Assembly: GCA_963703225.1 (NCBI GenBank)
Contig: OY969801.1
Location: 3,040,001 to 3,104,000, forward strand
Length of the DNA: 64,000 bases
Direction of reading: 5' to 3'
Source of the DNA: Candidatus Eiseniibacteriota bacterium
GTDB lineage: Bacteria > Eisenbacteria > RBG-16-71-46 > SZUA-252
In this document: positions 1 through 9,828 of the stretch, one piece after another
How the letters are laid out: every line of letters begins with the position of its first letter
How positions within the stretch are numbered: the first letter of the stretch is position 1
Notes under the pieces: generated by a model
Databases searched by the model: none
What the model was told of the DNA's origin: nothing
Seen by the model: the letters and a program-made list of their open reading frames with translations, nothing else
Position numbers and translations under genes: made by a program

Positions 1-1
1 G

Positions 2-397
2 TACGCCGCCGGCGATACCTTTCTCTTCGTCGCTGTATTCGGTGTCTGCGCTCTGGCGCCCACGGGTGCAGCTCTCGTCTTCCTCAGACCCTACCCGCGC
101 TTCTGGGTGGTTCTCTCAGCCTTGTGCCTCGGTCTCGCCGTCACGGGTGTTTCAGCAGCCGCCCTGTTTGCCATGGGGAGGACTGCGGAGCCTTCTCCCA
201 TTGCCACCTTGGCTGCTTTCTCCGTGCTCAGGATCCTTGTCTCGCCACTCCTTGCGCTCGCCTTCCTCGTGTCCGGGCTTCTATCACCGTACGGTTACCC
301 TCGCCTCGCGCTTCTTGGGTCGACCGTCATGGAGTTGGCTGTGAGCGCATACGGAGGGCTCGTCTGGTTCTTCCCCATGCTCTTTCACAAGCCGTAG
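2..397 (+). CDS. membrane protein, 5'-partial
   Basis: Frame open from base 2 (YAAGDTFLFVAVFG...) into ORF 107..397; several hydrophobic segments. Confidence 0.65.
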   Translation, partial: YAAGDTFLFVAVFGVCALAPTGAALVFLRPYPRFWVVLSALCLGLAVTGVSAAALFAMGRTAEPSPIATLAAFSVLRILVSPLLALAFLVSGLLSPYGYPRLALLGSTVMELAVSAYGGLVWFFPMLFHKP

Positions 398-404
398 CCC
401 GACC

Positions 405-1406
405 ATGCGCTATGATAGTTACGAGCCAATGTCCATGACGCTCGAGCCCGTCCGCCCCATAACACTCGCCGAGATACGGGAAGCGCGCGCCCGCATCGCG
501 TCGACCATCCTGCGCACGCCGCTGGTCCGCCTGGAGCTCGGGCCGGACTTTCCGGACATCCGACTCAAACTGGAGAACCTGCAACCGATCAACGCCTACA
601 AGCTCCGGGGCGCCGCCAATGCCGTCGCGATGCTCCCCGAGTCCGAGCGCAAGCGGGGCGTCTGGACGATCAGCGCGGGAAACGCGGGCCAAGGCGTCGC
701 CTACGCGGCGAGGAAGGCCGGCGTACCGTGCTCGGTCGTGGCGATCGAGACGGCACCGGCTTCGAAGATCGAACGCATGAAAGCCCTCGGCGCGAAACTC
801 TTTCTCGTCCCTTACGAGGTCGCGTGGAAGGCCCTCGACGAGCGATCGTTTCCCGGAGTCGAGGGCACGTTCGTGCACCCGTTCGACGATCACAACTTTG
901 TCGCGGGCCACGGGACCATGGGCTTGGAGATCCTTGAAGACGCTCCCGACACGGCGGCGGTCATCGCCGGCATCGGCGGCGGCGGGCTCATCTCGGGCGT
1001 CGGCAGCGCCGTCAAGGCGCTCAAGCCGGAGATCCAGGTGTGGGGCGCGGAACCGGAGACCGCCGCTCCCGTGGCGCTCTCGTTTGCCAAGGGATCGCCC
1101 CAAGAGTTCAAGGAGTGGAAGGCTTCATTCGTGGACGGCGCCGGCGGCCAGAGCGTTTTCCCGCGCATGTGGCAGCGAATGAAGCCAGTGGTGGACGGGT
1201 CCATCGTAGTCAGCTTGGAAGAGGTCAGGAGCGCCATGCGGCTCATGGCGGAAAAGGCCCGGGTGATCTCGGAGGGTGCGGGAGCTCTGTCGCTCGCCGC
1301 TGCGTTGACGGGGAAAGCCGGTCAGGGCCCGATCGTTGCGATTGTCTCCGGCGGCAACATCGATCTGAAGAAGTTCTCCGAGCTGATCGAACGTCCGTCC
1401 GGCTGA
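405..1406 (+). CDS. PLP-dependent threonine/serine dehydratase family protein
   Basis: KLENLQPINAYKLRGA (PLP Lys), SAGNAGQG, GIGGGGL, SGGNID; true start may be the Met at ~429 or ~435. Confidence 0.9.
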   Translation: MRYDSYEPMSMTLEPVRPITLAEIREARARIASTILRTPLVRLELGPDFPDIRLKLENLQPINAYKLRGAANAVAMLPESERKRGVWTISAGNAGQGVAYAARKAGVPCSVVAIETAPASKIERMKALGAKLFLVPYEVAWKALDERSFPGVEGTFVHPFDDHNFVAGHGTMGLEILEDAPDTAAVIAGIGGGGLISGVGSAVKALKPEIQVWGAEPETAAPVALSFAKGSPQEFKEWKASFVDGAGGQSVFPRMWQRMKPVVDGSIVVSLEEVRSAMRLMAEKARVISEGAGALSLAAALTGKAGQGPIVAIVSGGNIDLKKFSELIERPSG

Positions 1407-1430
1407 CACGCAACGGCGCGGAGGAGCGTC

Positions 1431-1961
1431 ATGCGTCTTCCAGTGTCTGTTCTCGCGGTGGCTGGTGCTTTCATCCTCGGCTGCGCGAAGCAGCCCGAGT
1501 CCGGCTACACGCACATCGGTCCGGATACTCTTCCCCTCGCCAGCTATGAACGCCCTCCCGCGGCAACCTTCGACCGCTCGAGCTACGCGATCGAGCTGCG
1601 GCAGATGGGCAGTTTCTATGATGTCCCGGGAGAGGCGGGCTCCTTCATCGACGGAGAGGACTATGGATTCGAGTCCTTGTCGGTCATCATGACCGAGACC
1701 CAGCCCCACGGCGGTCCGCCGCTCCACACCCACGATACGGAGGAGGCCCACGTCGTCTTTCGCGGGCGTGTCGAGTACCTCATCGGGGATCGCCGCTTCA
1801 CGGTGGACGGCCCGTACATCGTGCGCATCCCTGCCGGAGTTCCCCACGCGTTCATCAATGCGGGTACGGTACCGTTGAATATGACCGCTGTCTTCCCGAG
1901 CAAGCGGATCAGCTATACGGAGAAGGGGCCGAATCCGCTACTTCATGGCACCGGGCGGTGA
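1431..1961 (+). CDS. cupin-domain lipoprotein
   Basis: Lipobox ILGC; GPPLHTH..EE and IPAGVPHAFIN cupin motifs; SD GGAGG upstream. Confidence 0.85.
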   Translation: MRLPVSVLAVAGAFILGCAKQPESGYTHIGPDTLPLASYERPPAATFDRSSYAIELRQMGSFYDVPGEAGSFIDGEDYGFESLSVIMTETQPHGGPPLHTHDTEEAHVVFRGRVEYLIGDRRFTVDGPYIVRIPAGVPHAFINAGTVPLNMTAVFPSKRISYTEKGPNPLLHGTGR

Positions 1962-2623
1962 TGGAGCTTGAGCGCAGCACGAAGCTGGCCATCTACCAAC
2001 ACTTCGCCGCGGTGGGCAGCCGCCCTTCGGTGCATGACATCGCTGCGCGCGTGGGCGCGGAGGTGTCTCAGGTTCGCGAGATCTTCACGCGACTTCAGGG
2101 GCAGCGAGTCCTGGTGCTGGAATCCGATGGGGAGTCGATTCGGATGGCTCCGCCTTTCTCGGGAATCCCTACGCAGCATCGCGTGACGTCCGCTGGAGTG
2201 TCCTACTATGCAAACTGCGCCTGGGATGCTCTCGGCATCCCTGCTGCGCTGCAGCGACCATCAACGGTGCATTCCCGGTGTGAGCAGTCGCTGGAGCCTC
2301 TCGAGCTCGCGGTATCCAGTGATGGTCCTGAGTCGTGTGATTGGCTGTTCCATTGCGTCGTGCCAGCGGCCCAGTGGTGGGACGATATTGTCTTCACCTG
2401 AAGCAGGATGCTCTTCTTCCGGTCGGAAGAACGCGTCCGCGAGTGGTGCTCCAGTGAAGGCTATCCGCTGCGGCCTCTGGTCAGCATGGACCAACTCTGG
2501 GGGCTTGCCCGAGAATGGTACTCGACGCGCCTCCAGCCCGAGTCCCGCCGACCGCAGCCCGCCGAGATGCGCCAGATCTTCGAGCGCTTGGGCCTGGTCG
2601 GAGAGTTCTGGGACCCACAGTAG
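1958..2623 (+). CDS. MerB (organomercurial lyase)-like protein, probable selenoprotein; in-frame TGA at 2399-2401
   Basis: MAPPFS, YANCAWDALG motif, WWDDIVFT-TGA-SRMLFFRSEE continues in frame into ORF 2408..2623; SECIS-like hairpin follows. Confidence 0.85.
2406..2438 (+). promoter_or_regulatory. bacterial SECIS-like stem-loop
   Basis: GGATGC/GCGTCC lower stem, TTCTTCC/GGAAGAA upper stem, GGTC loop starting 20 nt after the TGA. Confidence 0.75.
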
Positions 2624-3007
2624 TGGCGGAGCAAGGATTCATCTTCGACGAGGTCGCCGGACATCCGGTTCACGAAAGCCGCCGCGGCGCTGGGGCCAGG
2701 CAGCGCACTGGCGCTCATCGGCAACGTGGTATTCAGAAGGGGCCCGATCCCCGCGCTCTTCGCCGAATCGAATTGCTTTGGCCCCGTCTCGTGGCGCAGC
2801 TACCCTTGGTCCAAGACCTACTCGGTGGACGACTACCAAGATCTTCTTCGCACCCAATCCGACCACCGGATGCTCCGCCACGATCAGCGAGAGTCCCTGC
2901 TCGACGCCGTGGGCGACGCGATCCGGCGCAACGGGGTGAACATCGAGATCGGATATACGTCGCACCTCCACCTGGCCGCGCGTCGCGAGTCAGGAGTCGG
3001 ACCCTGA
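2623..3007 (+). pseudogene. internally deleted class I SAM methyltransferase remnant
   Basis: N-terminal VAEQGFIFDEVA joined out of frame to PDIRFTKAAAALGPGSALALIGN and a C-terminal YPWSKTYSVDDYQDLLRTQSDH; no SAM-binding motif I. Confidence 0.55.
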
Positions 3008-4069
3008 CCCGGCCACCAGTCCCCCTTCACGTCTTCTGTTTCGGCCTCCTCGCCTTGGCATGGCCGGCGATCTGTCGTGCCGAGAAGACGGACGCGGTAG
3101 TGCTCAAGAACGGCGACAAGATCACCGGCGAGGTGAAATCGATGTCGCGCGGGAAGCTGGACTACAGCACGGACGACGCAGGACGGCTGGCCATCGAGTG
3201 GGTCAAGGTGGCGCGGATGTTGAGCCCTCGCACATTCGAGGTCGAGGTGGCGTCCGGCGTCAAGTACTATGGCCGGCTGGGCGTCACCGACCGGGATGGC
3301 GTGCTCGCGATCGTGGGGGAGAATGTCGACTCGCTCGAGATCCCGAGCGTGGTCCGAGATCAGCACGCTCGACGCACGAATCTCCCAGCGGCTGAGCGCC
3401 TACCTCGACGTGGGGCTCACCTTCGCCAAGGCCAACCAGGCGACGACATTCAACCTGTCGGGGGAGACGGCGTATCGCGGCGACAGATTTGGAGGCAGGA
3501 TTACCGTCGACTCCTACGCCCAAGGTCAGGAATCCACGTCGACCGCCACCCGCAACAGCTTTGGGCTGCAAGTGACGCGATACCTGCCCAAGCGATGGTC
3601 GGCCATTGCCCTCGGCGCGACGGAGCAGAACGAGGAACTTGACCTCGCGCTTCGAGTCACGGCCGCCGGCGTGGTGGGTCGCGTCCTGGTCCAGTCGAAC
3701 TCTTCGGAGGTGGGTGTCGGGGGTGGGCTGGCGGTAGCCCGCGAGCGCTTTTCGGCGCCCGATTCGGACCCGACCGCGGAAGAGGAGACCAATACCAATC
3801 TCGAGGCCCTGCTGGTCGCCCAGTGGGAAGCGTTCCGGTTCGACACCCCCAAGCTCGACTTCTCCACGTCGCTGTACCTGTACCCGAGCCTGACGACAGG
3901 CGGGCGGGTTCGCGGCGAGTTCTCCACGCGACTCAAGTACGAGCTGTTCGCGGACTTCAACATCGGGATCAATCTCACGGACACGTTCGACAGTCGCCCG
4001 CCGGAGGAGACCGCCTCGAAGAACGACTACATCATGTCGTTTACCATCGGCTGGTCGTATCGACGATAA
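3004..4069 (+). CDS. DUF481-family outer-membrane beta-barrel protein (+1 frameshift near 3355)
   Basis: Signal peptide, DAVVLKNGDKITGEVKS, C-terminal FTIGWSY; two overlapping ORFs; start uncertain (CTG 3004). Confidence 0.75.
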
Positions 4070-4425
4070 TGCCCATGCAGGTCATCAAGACCGCCGCCTT
4101 CACGCTGGAGCCGCAGACGGTGGCGCATGCGGAGGAGATGTTCCTGGTCCTCAGCGATCCGGCGATTTACGAGTACGAGAATGAGCCGCCGCCTTCGCTT
4201 GAATGGTTGCGGGCCCGGTTCGCAAAACTCGAGTCGAGGCTGTCCGCGGACAGTCAGGAACAATACGAAGTAGTCTTCCTCTCCGCGACGCTTAAGCGCG
4301 AGAACGTCCGCTCTCTTCGCTTGCTGGAACGCTTGGGCTTCGCCCTGGCCTCGCCCGAGCAGCGCGTCGAGCATCGGGTGGAGCCCGGCGAGCTGCTGAT
4401 GCGCCGAGAAGTCCATCGCGCATGA
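4069..4425 (+). pseudogene. RimJ/RimL-type GNAT acetyltransferase with internal deletion
   Basis: Typical N-term (LEPQTVAHAEEMF..LSDPAIYEY) and C-term (NVRSLRLLERLGF) but the central acetyl-CoA-binding segment is missing; 118 aa. Confidence 0.6.
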
Positions 4426-4462
4426 GGCGGGCCGCGGTGGTCGCCCTCGGAAAGGAGATTCG

Positions 4463-5092
4463 ATGGGATCGGCACGCGACGCACTGAGACGACTGCGCGA
4501 GGGTAATGCCCGATTTGTCTCGAACGTGCGCGGTCCCGATGCGTTCCTGAGCCATACCCGCCGCGCCGACCTGGCAGCGGGTCAGGAACCATTCGCGATC
4601 ATCCTCGGGTGTGCCGATTCGCGCGTTCCGGCTGAGATCGTGTTCGATCAGGGTCTGGGAGACTTGTTCGTCATTCGCGTCGCCGGCAATATCGTCGCGC
4701 CCTCCCAGGTGGGAAGTGTCGAATTTGCCGCTGCGCGCTTCGGCACGCGGCTGGTGGTGGTTCTTGGTCACTCCAAATGCGGGGCGGTGCTGGCCACCCT
4801 CGAAGAGCTTCAGAGACCAACCGAGAGCCAGTCTCGCAATTTGCGGTCCATCGTGGACCGCGTGCGGCCGTCCGTGGAAGGGCTTCTGGCGACCGACTTG
4901 AAGCACCATTTGAACACACTCGTGGCGGAGGCAGTCCGGGCGAACATTCGTGCGTCGGTAAAGCAACTACGGCATGGCTCCGACGTCCTGGAACAATTGA
5001 TCCGGGACGATGGTCTGGTCGTCATTGGTGCCGAGTACTCTCTCGAGACGGGCGTGGTTGAGTTCTTCGATGAGGCGTCGGATGCCGGGTGA
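4463..5092 (+). CDS. beta-class carbonic anhydrase
   Basis: GCADSRVP, RVAGN, GHSKCGAV Zn-ligand motifs. Confidence 0.95.
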   Translation: MGSARDALRRLREGNARFVSNVRGPDAFLSHTRRADLAAGQEPFAIILGCADSRVPAEIVFDQGLGDLFVIRVAGNIVAPSQVGSVEFAAARFGTRLVVVLGHSKCGAVLATLEELQRPTESQSRNLRSIVDRVRPSVEGLLATDLKHHLNTLVAEAVRANIRASVKQLRHGSDVLEQLIRDDGLVVIGAEYSLETGVVEFFDEASDAG

Positions 5093-5555
5093 TGCGGCGA
5101 ATTCGGCGCGATGGACGCCGGCGAACCCTGCTTACGAGGAAGTCGTCCGGGAGAGTCTCGGCCGGCAGACCCTCATGCGCACCCTGGGCGTGCACCTGAC
5201 CCACATTGAACCGGGCGCGGTCGAGCTTTCGGCCCCCTATTCTCCGGAGCTCGCCCAGCAGAACGGATACTGGCACGCGGGCGCCGTGGCGAGTCTGGCG
5301 GACTCGGCCAACGGATATGCAGCCTTCAGCCTCGCACCTGCCGGGACGGATGTCCTGGCGGTGGAGTTCAAGATCAACTTGCTGGCCCCAGCCCGCGGTG
5401 AGCGTTTTGTTGCCGCGGGCCGCGTGCTGCGGCCGGGCCGAACACTGACCGGCTGCTTGGCGGAGGTCTTTGCCGTGAACGGTGACGAGCGGGCACTCAT
5501 CGCGACGATGATGTCCACGATCATCATCCGGCCCATTCCTTCATCTTCCGAATAG
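5082..5555 (+). CDS. PaaI family thioesterase
   Basis: QQNGYWHAGAVASLADSANG, VEFKINLLAPA. Confidence 0.9.
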   Translation: MPGDAANSARWTPANPAYEEVVRESLGRQTLMRTLGVHLTHIEPGAVELSAPYSPELAQQNGYWHAGAVASLADSANGYAAFSLAPAGTDVLAVEFKINLLAPARGERFVAAGRVLRPGRTLTGCLAEVFAVNGDERALIATMMSTIIIRPIPSSSE

Positions 5556-5568
5556 GAGATCGAAGCGA

Positions 5569-6129
5569 TTGCGTGTGAATCGTAGGCGAGTCATCCTCGT
5601 CCGGCACGGCGAGTATCAGAGCGCGTCCAGGTCGAGCCGCGGCGGAAGGCTGACAGCTCGGGGGAAGCGGCAGGCCATCCACCTTGCAAAGTACCTGAGC
5701 GTGGAACCGGCAACGCGAGTTGTCTGCAGCGACCTCACTCGCGCGAGGCAAACAGCGCATATTCTGCATCGCGTTGGCGGGCATCCCAAGGCCTCTGTGT
5801 CGGCGGCCCTTCGGGAGTTCCTCCCGTCGTCGATTCCAGGTAGGGTCCGATTGACTCGTGCCGACCAAATTGCGGCACACAGGCACCTACATCGAGTGGT
5901 TGAGACGTACTTCCGTCCGGGGGATCTGGAGGTCCTGCTCCTCATCGGGCACGGGAACCTCATTCGTGCACTGGTTTGTCGAACTCTCCGGATGCGCCTT
6001 CACCAGTGGCACAGGATGTCTCTCAACCACTGCTCTGTCACCGAGGTGCAGATTGGCCCTGCGGGGGAGCGATTCTTGGTTCGCTTCAATGAGGTGGGAT
6101 TCATGCCACGCTCCATGAGGACCGCATGA
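5569..6129 (+). CDS. histidine phosphatase family protein
   Basis: LVRHGE, SDLTRARQTA, GHGNLIR. Confidence 0.85.
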   Translation: MRVNRRRVILVRHGEYQSASRSSRGGRLTARGKRQAIHLAKYLSVEPATRVVCSDLTRARQTAHILHRVGGHPKASVSAALREFLPSSIPGRVRLTRADQIAAHRHLHRVVETYFRPGDLEVLLLIGHGNLIRALVCRTLRMRLHQWHRMSLNHCSVTEVQIGPAGERFLVRFNEVGFMPRSMRTA

Positions 6130-6166
6130 TGAGGTTGCTAGGCACTTGATTGAGGGGGGAAATCCG

Positions 6167-6538
6167 ATGAAATGGTACCTGCGAGTCCTCCGGAATTACG
6201 CCGGATTCTCTGGCAGAGCCAGACGGAAGGAATACTGGATGTTTACCCTGTTCACCACGCTCATCATATGCGGTTTTCTCATCATCGATATGGCGATCGG
6301 CACATTCGATAAGAAGTCCGGATACGGACTCCTCGACGCCCTCTACATATGCTCTACCGCTGTTCCCAGCCTCGCGGTCACGGTGCGCCGACTACATGAC
6401 ATCGGCAGAAGTGGTTGGTGGTTTCTTCTCGGACTGATCCCCATCGTCGGCGCGATCGTGCTCCTTGTCTTCATGGTCACGGACAGCCAGGCTGGCGCGA
6501 ACCGATACGGACCGAATCCGAAGGAGGTAGCGGTGTGA
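6167..6538 (+). CDS. DUF805 membrane protein
   Basis: FSGRARRKEYW, VRRLHDIGRSGWW, NRYGPNP. Confidence 0.95.
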   Translation: MKWYLRVLRNYAGFSGRARRKEYWMFTLFTTLIICGFLIIDMAIGTFDKKSGYGLLDALYICSTAVPSLAVTVRRLHDIGRSGWWFLLGLIPIVGAIVLLVFMVTDSQAGANRYGPNPKEVAV

Positions 6539-6548
6539 TGGGTCGTTC

Positions 6549-7163
6549 GTGATCACACTCGCTCCGGTCACACTCGAAGGCAACGGCGTCCGGTTGGAGC
6601 CTCTCACCCCGGCGCACCAGGATGGGCTGGCCGCCGCCGCTGCCGACGGCCGACTCTGGGAGCTTTGGTTCACCTCCGTTCCCGAGCCTGCGAAGACGGG
6701 CGACTACCTCGCGGACGCGCTTCAGGGCCAACGAGAAGGACACATGCTGCCGTGGGTGGTTCGCGAGCTGACGGCGGGCACGATCGTGGGCACCACCCGC
6801 TACCACGATATCCTGCCGAAAGTCGACCGTGTGGAGATCGGCTACACCTGGTACGCCGCGCGTTGGCAGCGCAGCCACGTGAACACCACCTGCAAGTTGC
6901 TGCTGCTCACGCACGCGTTCGAGACGTTGGGCTGCCGCGTCGTCGGATTCCGAACGGACAACTTCAATTTCACGTCACAACGGGCGATCGCGGCTCTTGG
7001 CGCCCAAAAGGACGGTGTGATCCGTCACCACCACACCCGGCGGGACGGGACCGTCCGCGACAGCGTGATGTACAGCATTCTCGCGGCGGAATGGCCGGAC
7101 GTGAAACGCCATCTCGAGACCCGCCTGACGCGTCACGCGAGTGGCGGCCGCCGCTCGAAGTAG
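6549..7163 (+). CDS. RimJ/RimL-type GNAT N-acetyltransferase
   Basis: VEIGYTWY...WQRSHVNTTCKLLLL, SQRAIAALGA, RDSVMYSI. Confidence 0.9.
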   Translation: MITLAPVTLEGNGVRLEPLTPAHQDGLAAAAADGRLWELWFTSVPEPAKTGDYLADALQGQREGHMLPWVVRELTAGTIVGTTRYHDILPKVDRVEIGYTWYAARWQRSHVNTTCKLLLLTHAFETLGCRVVGFRTDNFNFTSQRAIAALGAQKDGVIRHHHTRRDGTVRDSVMYSILAAEWPDVKRHLETRLTRHASGGRRSK

Positions 7164-7256
7164 AACCAGCGGGGCTGATGCGACATAATACAGCCGCCAG
7201 GGTTGTCGCAGCAGGTCTGCGATTGTTCGATGTCATCAGGAGACGGGGGTGCAGCA

Positions 7257-8813
7257 ATGATGAAGCGATTCATGCCCTTTCTTTTGACCGCATGCGCCGT
7301 GTTGCTTTCGTCGGTCCCTGCTCTCGCCCAATCGGCGAGCAAACCAAACATCCTCATTATCTGGGGCGATGACATCGGGTACTGGAACGTCAGCGCCTAC
7401 AGCCATGGCATGATGGGCTACAAGACGCCGAACATCGACCGCATCGCGAAGGAAGGCGCGCTGTTCACCGACTGGTATGGCCAGCAGAGCTGCACGGCCG
7501 GGCGCGCGTGCTTCATCACGGGCCAGGCCGGCTACCGCACCGGCCTGCTCAAGGTCGGTCTGCCGGGCGCCAAGGAAGGGATCCAGGCGCGCGACGTGAC
7601 GATCGCTCAATTGCTCAAGGCGCAAGGCTACATGACCGCGCAGTTCGGCAAGAACCACCTGGGCGACGCCGATGCGACGCTGCCCACCATGCACGGCTTC
7701 GATGAGTTCATGGGCTCCCTCTACCACTTGAACGCGGAGCAGGAGCCCGAGAATCCGGACTATTTCAAGGATCCGGCGATGATCAAGAAATATGGCACGC
7801 GCGGCGTGATCCACTGCTGGGCGAACGCGGATGGGACGCAGAAGATCGAGCTGACCGGTCCGCTGAACACCAAGCGCATGGAGACGATCGACGAGGAGGT
7901 CACCAAGGCCTCGCTCGATTATCTCGTGCGCGCGAAGAAGGCGAACAAGCCGTTCTTCCTCTGGTGGAACTCGACCCGCATGCACGTCTTCACGCACTTG
8001 AAGCCGGAGAGCCAAGGCAAGACCGGTTTGGGCATTGAGGCCGACGGTTTGGTCGAGCACGACGCCATGGTCGGGCAGCTTCTCGACAAGCTCAAAGAAT
8101 TGGGCCTCGACCAAAATACGATTGTCATGTATTCCACCGATAACGGCGCAGAGGAATTCTCGTGGCCGGACGGAGGCACGACCCCCTTCCGCGGCGAGAA
8201 GAACACGAACTGGGAGGGCGGCTACCGTGTGCCCTGCACCATCCGCTGGCCCGGCGTCATCAAGCCAGGAACGATCGACAACAACATCTATTCGCACGAA
8301 GACATGCTGCCCACGCTCTTGGCCGCGGCGGGCGTCCCCGACGTGAAGGAGCAGCTCCTCAAGGGCATGAAGGTCGGCGCAACAACCTTCAAGGTGCATC
8401 TGGACGGATACAACATCACCGACGCGCTCGCGGGCAAAGCTGTCGATCCGCGCCACGAGTTTTTCTACTGGAACGACGACGGCTCGCTCGTGGGGCTGCG
8501 TTACGACAACTGGAAGATCGTCTTCCAAGAGCAGCGCGCGGAAGGTTTCGCTGTTTGGCAGGAGCCGTTCGTGCCATTGCGCGTACCCAAGATCTTCAAC
8601 CTGCGCTCCGATCCGTTCGAGAAGGCCGACCATATCGCCATGGACTACGCGCACTGGCGGGCTGACCGGACCTTCCTGCTCGTGCCGGCGCAGGAATACG
8701 TCGGGAAGTACATCGCCACGTTCAAGGAGTTCCCGCCGAGCCAGAAGGTCGGGAGCTTCTCGCTCGACAATGTACTGCAGAGGCTCCAGGACGCGGGCAC
8801 CAGCGGGAAATGA
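7257..8813 (+). CDS. secreted arylsulfatase
   Basis: Signal peptide; PNILIIWGDD, SCTAGR formylglycine motif, FGKNHLG, STDNG. Confidence 0.95.
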   Translation: MMKRFMPFLLTACAVLLSSVPALAQSASKPNILIIWGDDIGYWNVSAYSHGMMGYKTPNIDRIAKEGALFTDWYGQQSCTAGRACFITGQAGYRTGLLKVGLPGAKEGIQARDVTIAQLLKAQGYMTAQFGKNHLGDADATLPTMHGFDEFMGSLYHLNAEQEPENPDYFKDPAMIKKYGTRGVIHCWANADGTQKIELTGPLNTKRMETIDEEVTKASLDYLVRAKKANKPFFLWWNSTRMHVFTHLKPESQGKTGLGIEADGLVEHDAMVGQLLDKLKELGLDQNTIVMYSTDNGAEEFSWPDGGTTPFRGEKNTNWEGGYRVPCTIRWPGVIKPGTIDNNIYSHEDMLPTLLAAAGVPDVKEQLLKGMKVGATTFKVHLDGYNITDALAGKAVDPRHEFFYWNDDGSLVGLRYDNWKIVFQEQRAEGFAVWQEPFVPLRVPKIFNLRSDPFEKADHIAMDYAHWRADRTFLLVPAQEYVGKYIATFKEFPPSQKVGSFSLDNVLQRLQDAGTSGK

Positions 8814-9298
8814 AAAAGTTACTTGGCACCCTCGGTCTCGTGTGCGCTCTGCTCACGCCCGCACAGTCACAAGCCCAGGTCGCTGTCCAGGCGAGGCCAA
8901 ACCAGGAACGGCTCCTCGCCAGCCCGGACGCTCGATTGGCCGCAAACAAACGGCTGGTCTATGACTTCTGGCGCGAGGTGTTTGAGGGTGGGCACATGGA
9001 GCTCGCCGAGAAGTACATGACGGAGTCCTACATTCAGCACAACCCCAACGTGCCCACAGGACGGGCGGCATTCGTCGCGTTCTTCACGAAGTACTCCAAG
9101 CCCAAGCCGATCGAGCCGAGGGTCAAAGCCCCGTTGGTCGCCATGGTCGCTGAGGGCGACCTAGTCGTCATGAGCTTCGTCAGCGAGAGAACCGACCCGA
9201 AGGACGCGACCAAAAAGTACACCACCACGTGGTTCGACATGTTTCGCATCGAAGGCGGCAGGATCGCCGAGCACTGGGATCCAGCTCCAAAGGAATAG
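8810..9298 (+). CDS. SnoaL/NTF2-like secreted protein
   Basis: YIQHNP, WFDMFRIEGGRIAEHWD; ATGA overlap with the sulfatase. Confidence 0.9.
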   Translation: MKKLLGTLGLVCALLTPAQSQAQVAVQARPNQERLLASPDARLAANKRLVYDFWREVFEGGHMELAEKYMTESYIQHNPNVPTGRAAFVAFFTKYSKPKPIEPRVKAPLVAMVAEGDLVVMSFVSERTDPKDATKKYTTTWFDMFRIEGGRIAEHWDPAPKE

Positions 9299-9327
9299 CG
9301 TGGGCGGGTTGGCCGCCCGCCGGAGGC

Positions 9328-9822
9328 ATGACGATGACTTCGACATTTGGCCCCATCGAAGCCCGGCTCGTCCTGGACCACGTCGCTTTCCCGGCGCTTC
9401 GCTTCGAACACGGGGTCACGCGTCGGGTGATCGCGGCAATACCCCCGGCGCGCATGGATTACCGCCCCGCGGCCGGCGCGCGCAGCGCGGGGGAGCTAGC
9501 TCGGCACATTGTCGGCGCCGAGCTCCGGTTCCTGGAAGGCGCCGCCACCGGCACCTTCCCTGACCTCGGCGCCGATCTGGGCGCGGCGGCCGACGCGGCG
9601 GCCATCGCCAGCTTCTACGAGAACCGCTTCCCGTCCGTACTCGAGCGGCTGGCGGCATTGGAGGGGGAGCACCTGCTTCGTCCACTCGACTACAAGGGTT
9701 TCATGCGCCTGCCGGCGCTCGGGTTCGTACAATTCGCGCTCAACCACACGATCCATCATCGGGGCCAGCTGTCGGTCTACCTGCGTGCGCTCGGCGTGAC
9801 CGTGCCGTCGATTTACGGATGA
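9328..9822 (+). CDS. DinB family protein
   Basis: ELARHI, NHTIHHRGQLSVYLR, VPSIYG. Confidence 0.9.
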   Translation: MTMTSTFGPIEARLVLDHVAFPALRFEHGVTRRVIAAIPPARMDYRPAAGARSAGELARHIVGAELRFLEGAATGTFPDLGADLGAAADAAAIASFYENRFPSVLERLAALEGEHLLRPLDYKGFMRLPALGFVQFALNHTIHHRGQLSVYLRALGVTVPSIYG

Positions 9823-9828
9823 CCTCGG

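Noticed and set aside
7206..7222. Hairpin containing GCAGGTCTGC, resembling the E. coli fdhF SECIS tip
   Set aside because: The nearest upstream TGA (7176) follows the GNAT TAG stop with no start codon between them, so there is no ORF to recode
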